Shown: positions 14,986-18,698 of the stretch, one piece after another
Numbering within the stretch: the stretch's first letter is position 1
Layout: each line of letters begins with the position of its first letter
Assembly (NCBI GenBank): GCA_027340875.1
Contig: DAIENX010000058.1
Coordinates: 1-18,698, forward strand
Direction: 5' to 3'
Origin: Elusimicrobiota bacterium
GTDB taxonomy: Bacteria > Elusimicrobiota > Elusimicrobia > Elusimicrobiales > UBA9959
DNA length: 18,698 bases
Notes under the pieces: model-generated
What the model was told of the DNA's origin: nothing
What the model saw: the letters and a program-made list of their open reading frames with translations, nothing else
Database searches by the model: none
Translations under genes and position numbers: made by a program

Positions 14986-17900
14986 CGTATTATCACCACC
15001 TTGCCGGATTTCTTGCCGCCGGCGGGGGATTTGACCAGGTATATGTAGACGCCCGAGGCGACGCGCGAGCCGGACTTGTTACGGGTGTCCCAGAAGCAGC
15101 GTCCGTCCAGGTCGTCGTCGGACAGCTCCCTGACGAGCCCGCCGGCCAGGTCGTAGATCCTGATGGTGGAAGCCTCCGGCAGCGACTCGAACACTATTCC
15201 GTCCCCGAGCGACGACTGCCCGAACAGGCCGGGACTGCCCGGCTTGTACGGGTTGGGATAGGCGAACACCTTGGAGATCGGGCCGGCGTACGAGATCACG
15301 CTGGCGAGCGCGTAGATGGAGAAGTGGCGGGTGTCCAGGTACACCGTCTTGGCCGCTCTGTCCAGCACCGAGTTACGCTGCAGCACCCACTCGAGCGTGG
15401 CCGGGTCCAGCAGCAGGATGCGCAGCGTGCCCACATCCACGGCCGTGCCGTCCACTATGCCGTCGTTATTGGCGTCCAGGTAGGCGAACTTCACCCGCGC
15501 GGGGACGGCGAAGCTGGCCGTGTCGAGGGCGCCGTACATGTCCCAGCGGCGCAGCTCCACCACGCCGCCGTTCAGCAGGCTGCCCAGGGTCATCCTGGCC
15601 GTGGCGGCCGTCAGGTCCGAGCTGCTGATCTCCACCGGCGCGGTGGCCGCGCTGGTGCTCAGCGAGATGTAGTCGTCCGCGGCGATGGCGCCGGCGGGGA
15701 TGGTCACGCTCAGCGTGCCCAGGCCCGGCAGCGGCGCGCTGACCGTCAGGGCCGCCGTTGCCGTCGAGTAGACCTGCGTCACGTCCGCCGGCAGGTAGTC
15801 GGTGCGGATGCCGGCCGAGGTGGCGCTGGAGGCGCTCAGCACGCCGTCCGAGTTGTAGGCGAACGCCGCATAGTAGTAGGTGGCGGCCGCGCGCAGGCCC
15901 GTGTCGGTGTAGGTCGAGACGGTCAGCGCGTCGTTCCAGCTCTTGAGCGTGGTCCACGCGACGCCGTCGGCCGAGCGGTCCAGCCGGTAGCGAGTGCCGC
16001 CGTTGCCGGTCCAGCCCAGCGTTATCGTGTGCAGGCCGGTGGCCGAGGAGGTCAGCGCCGACGGGGCCAGCGCGTACGTGACGGCCGACGCCTCGGAGTA
16101 GTCGCTCTCGCCCATCGTGGTAACGGACCTGATCCGGCGGGTGTAGCCGGCGTTGGCGCTGGACAGCCCCACCTCGGTCCAATAGGTGGCCGCGGCGCTC
16201 AGGCCGGACGCCAGTATGCCGTTGGTCGAGGTGTAGACGTTGAAGGACAGCACCCCCGGCACGGAGTTGGTCCACGACCAGTTGATGGTTCCGGTGCCGG
16301 CGGCGGCGGCATAGAGGACCGGCGCTATCTGCACCGTCATCGTGCTTTCCACGAAGCTGTAGTCCCTGCGGTTGCCGTTGGTAGCGGTGGACAGGCCCAG
16401 CGTCTGGAAACCATGCTGGTTTATAGCGCCGATGCGGTAGGTATACGTGGTCGACGTGGCCAGCCCCGAGGCGGAGATGTCCAGACCGGAATCGAGATAA
16501 TGGTTCCCGGTCACGCTGGAGAGGAATACCCACGGTCCGTCCTCGCCCATGGTCGTTGAGCGCTCCACCCGGTACTGGGTGGCCGGCACCTGTGGCTCCT
16601 TCCACCAGAGGCCTATGGTATGCGCGGTGATGGTGTCGAAGCTGACGTCGTTGGGCGGCGTGGCGAACGTGGCGCCGGTGAACGGAGTGGTGATGCCCCC
16701 GTAGACGTTATAGCCCGTGGCCGGGGCGGCTTGGACAGGCCCTATATACCTGGTATGGGTGCTGTTGGTTATCAGGTAGTCCAGCGTGTACTCGGCAGTG
16801 GCGGTCCCGGGTATATAGGCTATCCCAAGCACGAAATCGCCGTATTCCTCCGTGTGGCTGTCAATGCCTATCTCGTAGCCGCTGATGTAATCCATGCTGG
16901 CGTACGTGCCGGTTGACTTGGCCCAGCTCCATTTCAGCGAGGTGTCAGTCACGGCGGTCACTTCGACGTCGGGTATTGGCGGCCTGGTGAGCAGCTTTTC
17001 CAGGGCGCTGTAGGCGTACGGGTTATAGGCGTCGTCCGGGGTCTGCAGGCCGTCGCCGTTTATGGCCCCGATCTTGAAGTCGTGCTTGGTGTTAGACCGG
17101 AGCCCAGTCACCGCCGTAGGCCCGCTTACTATCGAGGAGGAGAACCACACGCCGAAATCGGCCGAGGTCTGCAGAGCCGTGGCGGTGGAGTACTTTATCA
17201 CGTACTTGCTCGCGGAGGTAAGGTTCCAGGTAAGATTGACGGAATCCCTGAACACGTTCTTGAACTCCGGGAAGACGGGAGCGCAAGTCGACGGCGCCAC
17301 GGCGTAGGTATAGCGCTTGTAGGCCGTGCGGCCGGCGCTTTCGGCCAGGCCGACGGCCTTTATCCAGCGCGAATGCAGGGAATTGGCCGTATCGGAGCCG
17401 TTAAAGGCCTCTATCCAATAGGTGGCGGAGGCGGCCAGGGACTGCATTACCTCCCCGGTCTCGCCGGCGGGCGGGTCGCCGGCCTCGGTGGAGGTGGCGC
17501 GATAGACGTTGAAGCCCGTGATGCCGGTACCGGCCACGGAGGCGGGATCCCAGCGCCACTCTATGGTGTAGGACGAGATCGCTACGCCGGTCATCGTCAT
17601 GTTGAGCGGCGGCGTGGTGGCCGTCAGGACGGTGCTGTAATAGCCCGGGGAGAGCTCGTTGTCGCCGTTCACCGCGCCTATCCTTATGCGGTAGGACTTG
17701 TTGCTCATCAGCGCGACGGTCTGCCACGGCACGAAGGCGTCCCTGATGCGGTAATAGCTGGCCCCGCCGTCCGTAGAGCCTTCCACCGCGTAGGCCGTGG
17801 CGGTGCTGTAGCGCCACTCGAGATAGGCGCTGGTGGCGGTCACGGTGCTCAGCGTGAACGAGTCGGGCGGGATGGCGTTGGTGTACTTGGCGATATGCTG

Positions 17901-18698
17901 CGAAGCCGCGCTCTCCGCGGCGCCGGTGTAGGAGGTCAGCCACCTGGTATAGGGCTTGTTGGGGCCCAGGCCCGTGTCCGTGTAGGAGCTGGTGGCGGAG
18001 CTGAGGGTTATCTTGTTCGCGGTGCTGGAGGAGTACAGGTAGTACCCGTCCACCCCGGCGACCAGCGGCCACTTCCACTCCAGGCTGGTAGTGGAGAGCG
18101 CTATGCCCTTGAAGGCGGTGGCGAGGTCGTCGCCTCCCAGCGCGTAGAACGAGAAATGCGGCACGTCGGCGTAGACGGTCTTAGTTCCCGCGTTCAGCGT
18201 GGAGTTGGGCAGCTGGTTCCAGAGCAGGGCGGAGGTGTCGAGGCCGTAGAGCCTGAGCGTGCTCACGCGCACGCGGGTGCCGTCCACTATGCCGTCGCCG
18301 TCCGCGTCGGGATAGGTTATGGCCACCCGCGCGGCGGAGGGCAGCGTGGCGGTGGAGGCTATGCCGTAGACGTCGAACAGGTGCAGCTCCACGATATTGT
18401 CCGGGACCAGCGTGGCGTCCGTCAGCCTGGCGGTGGCGTCGTCCAGGGCGTTCTTGGAGACGTCGACGGGAGCGGTAGCGGCGCTGGTGCTTATCCAGAA
18501 GTAGCCGTCAGGAGTGCCGGCGGGGATCGTGACCGTTACCAGCCCCGGGCCCGGCAGCGGCGCCGTGACGTTCTTCGCGGAGTCGGTGGCGAAGACCGCG
18601 GTGTACATGGACGGCAGCGGCAGCGTGACCCCGTAGGTGACGGCGCTGGAAAGGGATATCATGCCGTCGTCGTTATAGGCGCCCACCGCGTAATAGTA
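14982..18698 (-). CDS. Large secreted protein with FN3-like repeats, two ZU5-like (HFS) domains and a T9SS-like/FlgD-Ig C-terminal sorting domain; 5' end outside the window
   Basis: Frame is open to the edge (YYYAVGAYN...). Repeats of the types xWxW and YxxRIGAxNxxG. C-terminus VFAYPNPYKP...IRIYDLAGGLVREL...WDTRNKSGSRVASGVYIYLV...GKVVIIR. Confidence 0.88.
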   Translation of the reverse strand, partial: YYYAVGAYNDDGMISLSSAVTYGVTLPLPSMYTAVFATDSAKNVTAPLPGPGLVTVTIPAGTPDGYFWISTSAATAPVDVSKNALDDATARLTDATLVPDNIVELHLFDVYGIASTATLPSAARVAITYPDADGDGIVDGTRVRVSTLRLYGLDTSALLWNQLPNSTLNAGTKTVYADVPHFSFYALGGDDLATAFKGIALSTTSLEWKWPLVAGVDGYYLYSSSTANKITLSSATSSYTDTGLGPNKPYTRWLTSYTGAAESAASQHIAKYTNAIPPDSFTLSTVTATSAYLEWRYSTATAYAVEGSTDGGASYYRIRDAFVPWQTVALMSNKSYRIRIGAVNGDNELSPGYYSTVLTATTPPLNMTMTGVAISSYTIEWRWDPASVAGTGITGFNVYRATSTEAGDPPAGETGEVMQSLAASATYWIEAFNGSDTANSLHSRWIKAVGLAESAGRTAYKRYTYAVAPSTCAPVFPEFKNVFRDSVNLTWNLTSASKYVIKYSTATALQTSADFGVWFSSSIVSGPTAVTGLRSNTKHDFKIGAINGDGLQTPDDAYNPYAYSALEKLLTRPPIPDVEVTAVTDTSLKWSWAKSTGTYASMDYISGYEIGIDSHTEEYGDFVLGIAYIPGTATAEYTLDYLITNSTHTRYIGPVQAAPATGYNVYGGITTPFTGATFATPPNDVSFDTITAHTIGLWWKEPQVPATQYRVERSTTMGEDGPWVFLSSVTGNHYLDSGLDISASGLATSTTYTYRIGAINQHGFQTLGLSTATNGNRRDYSFVESTMTVQIAPVLYAAAAGTGTINWSWTNSVPGVLSFNVYTSTNGILASGLSAAATYWTEVGLSSANAGYTRRIRSVTTMGESDYSEASAVTYALAPSALTSSATGLHTITLGWTGNGGTRYRLDRSADGVAWTTLKSWNDALTVSTYTDTGLRAAATYYYAAFAYNSDGVLSASSATSAGIRTDYLPADVTQVYSTATAALTVSAPLPGLGTLSVTIPAGAIAADDYISLSTSAATAPVEISSSDLTAATARMTLGSLLNGGVVELRRWDMYGALDTASFAVPARVKFAYLDANNDGIVDGTAVDVGTLRILLLDPATLEWVLQRNSVLDRAAKTVYLDTRHFSIYALASVISYAGPISKVFAYPNPYKPGSPGLFGQSSLGDGIVFESLPEASTIRIYDLAGGLVRELSDDDLDGRCFWDTRNKSGSRVASGVYIYLVKSPAGGKKSGKVVIIR
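15306..15878 (-). repeat. Internal duplicated module, C-terminal copy (FN3 end plus ZU5-like domain)
   Basis: Aligns with 18138-18698: APLPG.G...VTIPAG, STSAATAPV, VEL, Y.DA..DGIVDGT.V.V.TLR, KTVY.D..HFS.YAL. Exact 21-nt match at 15445-15465 and 18277-18297. Confidence 0.9.
18138..18698 (-). repeat. Internal duplicated module, N-proximal copy
   Basis: See 15306-15878. HFS codons at 18158-18150. Confidence 0.9.

Overview
GC-rich bacterial chromosomal window with no rRNA, tRNA, CRISPR array or transposase. The gene content (PorV-family barrel plus T9SS-like CTD cargo, frequent ATA Ile codons, orphan secreted protein) suggests Elusimicrobiota or a similar lineage; this is inference. Gene order: xerD-like (partial, -), recA (-), an unannotated 40-aa basic microprotein (-), LexA/CI-like S24 repressor (+), SWIB/MDM2 protein (+), membrane 4Fe-4S protein (+), ChaN-family protein (+), glgB (-), hypothetical (-), atypical rsmH (+), M23 lipoprotein (+), secreted hypothetical (-), baeRF/Balon-like protein (+), cstA (-), PorV-family protein (-) and a >1238-aa FN3-repeat protein (-, start outside the window). 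Two signals stand out. (1) The AT-rich recA/lexA-like spacer hides a complete lambda cI/cro-style unit: back-to-back sigma70 promoters, a leaderless self-cleaving repressor, candidate operators over both -10 boxes, and a microprotein gene with its own SD and terminator. (2) The giant surface protein has two ZU5-like domains ending in an HFS autoproteolysis motif, one just before its T9SS-like C-terminal signal, and is translationally coupled to a PorV-like partner.
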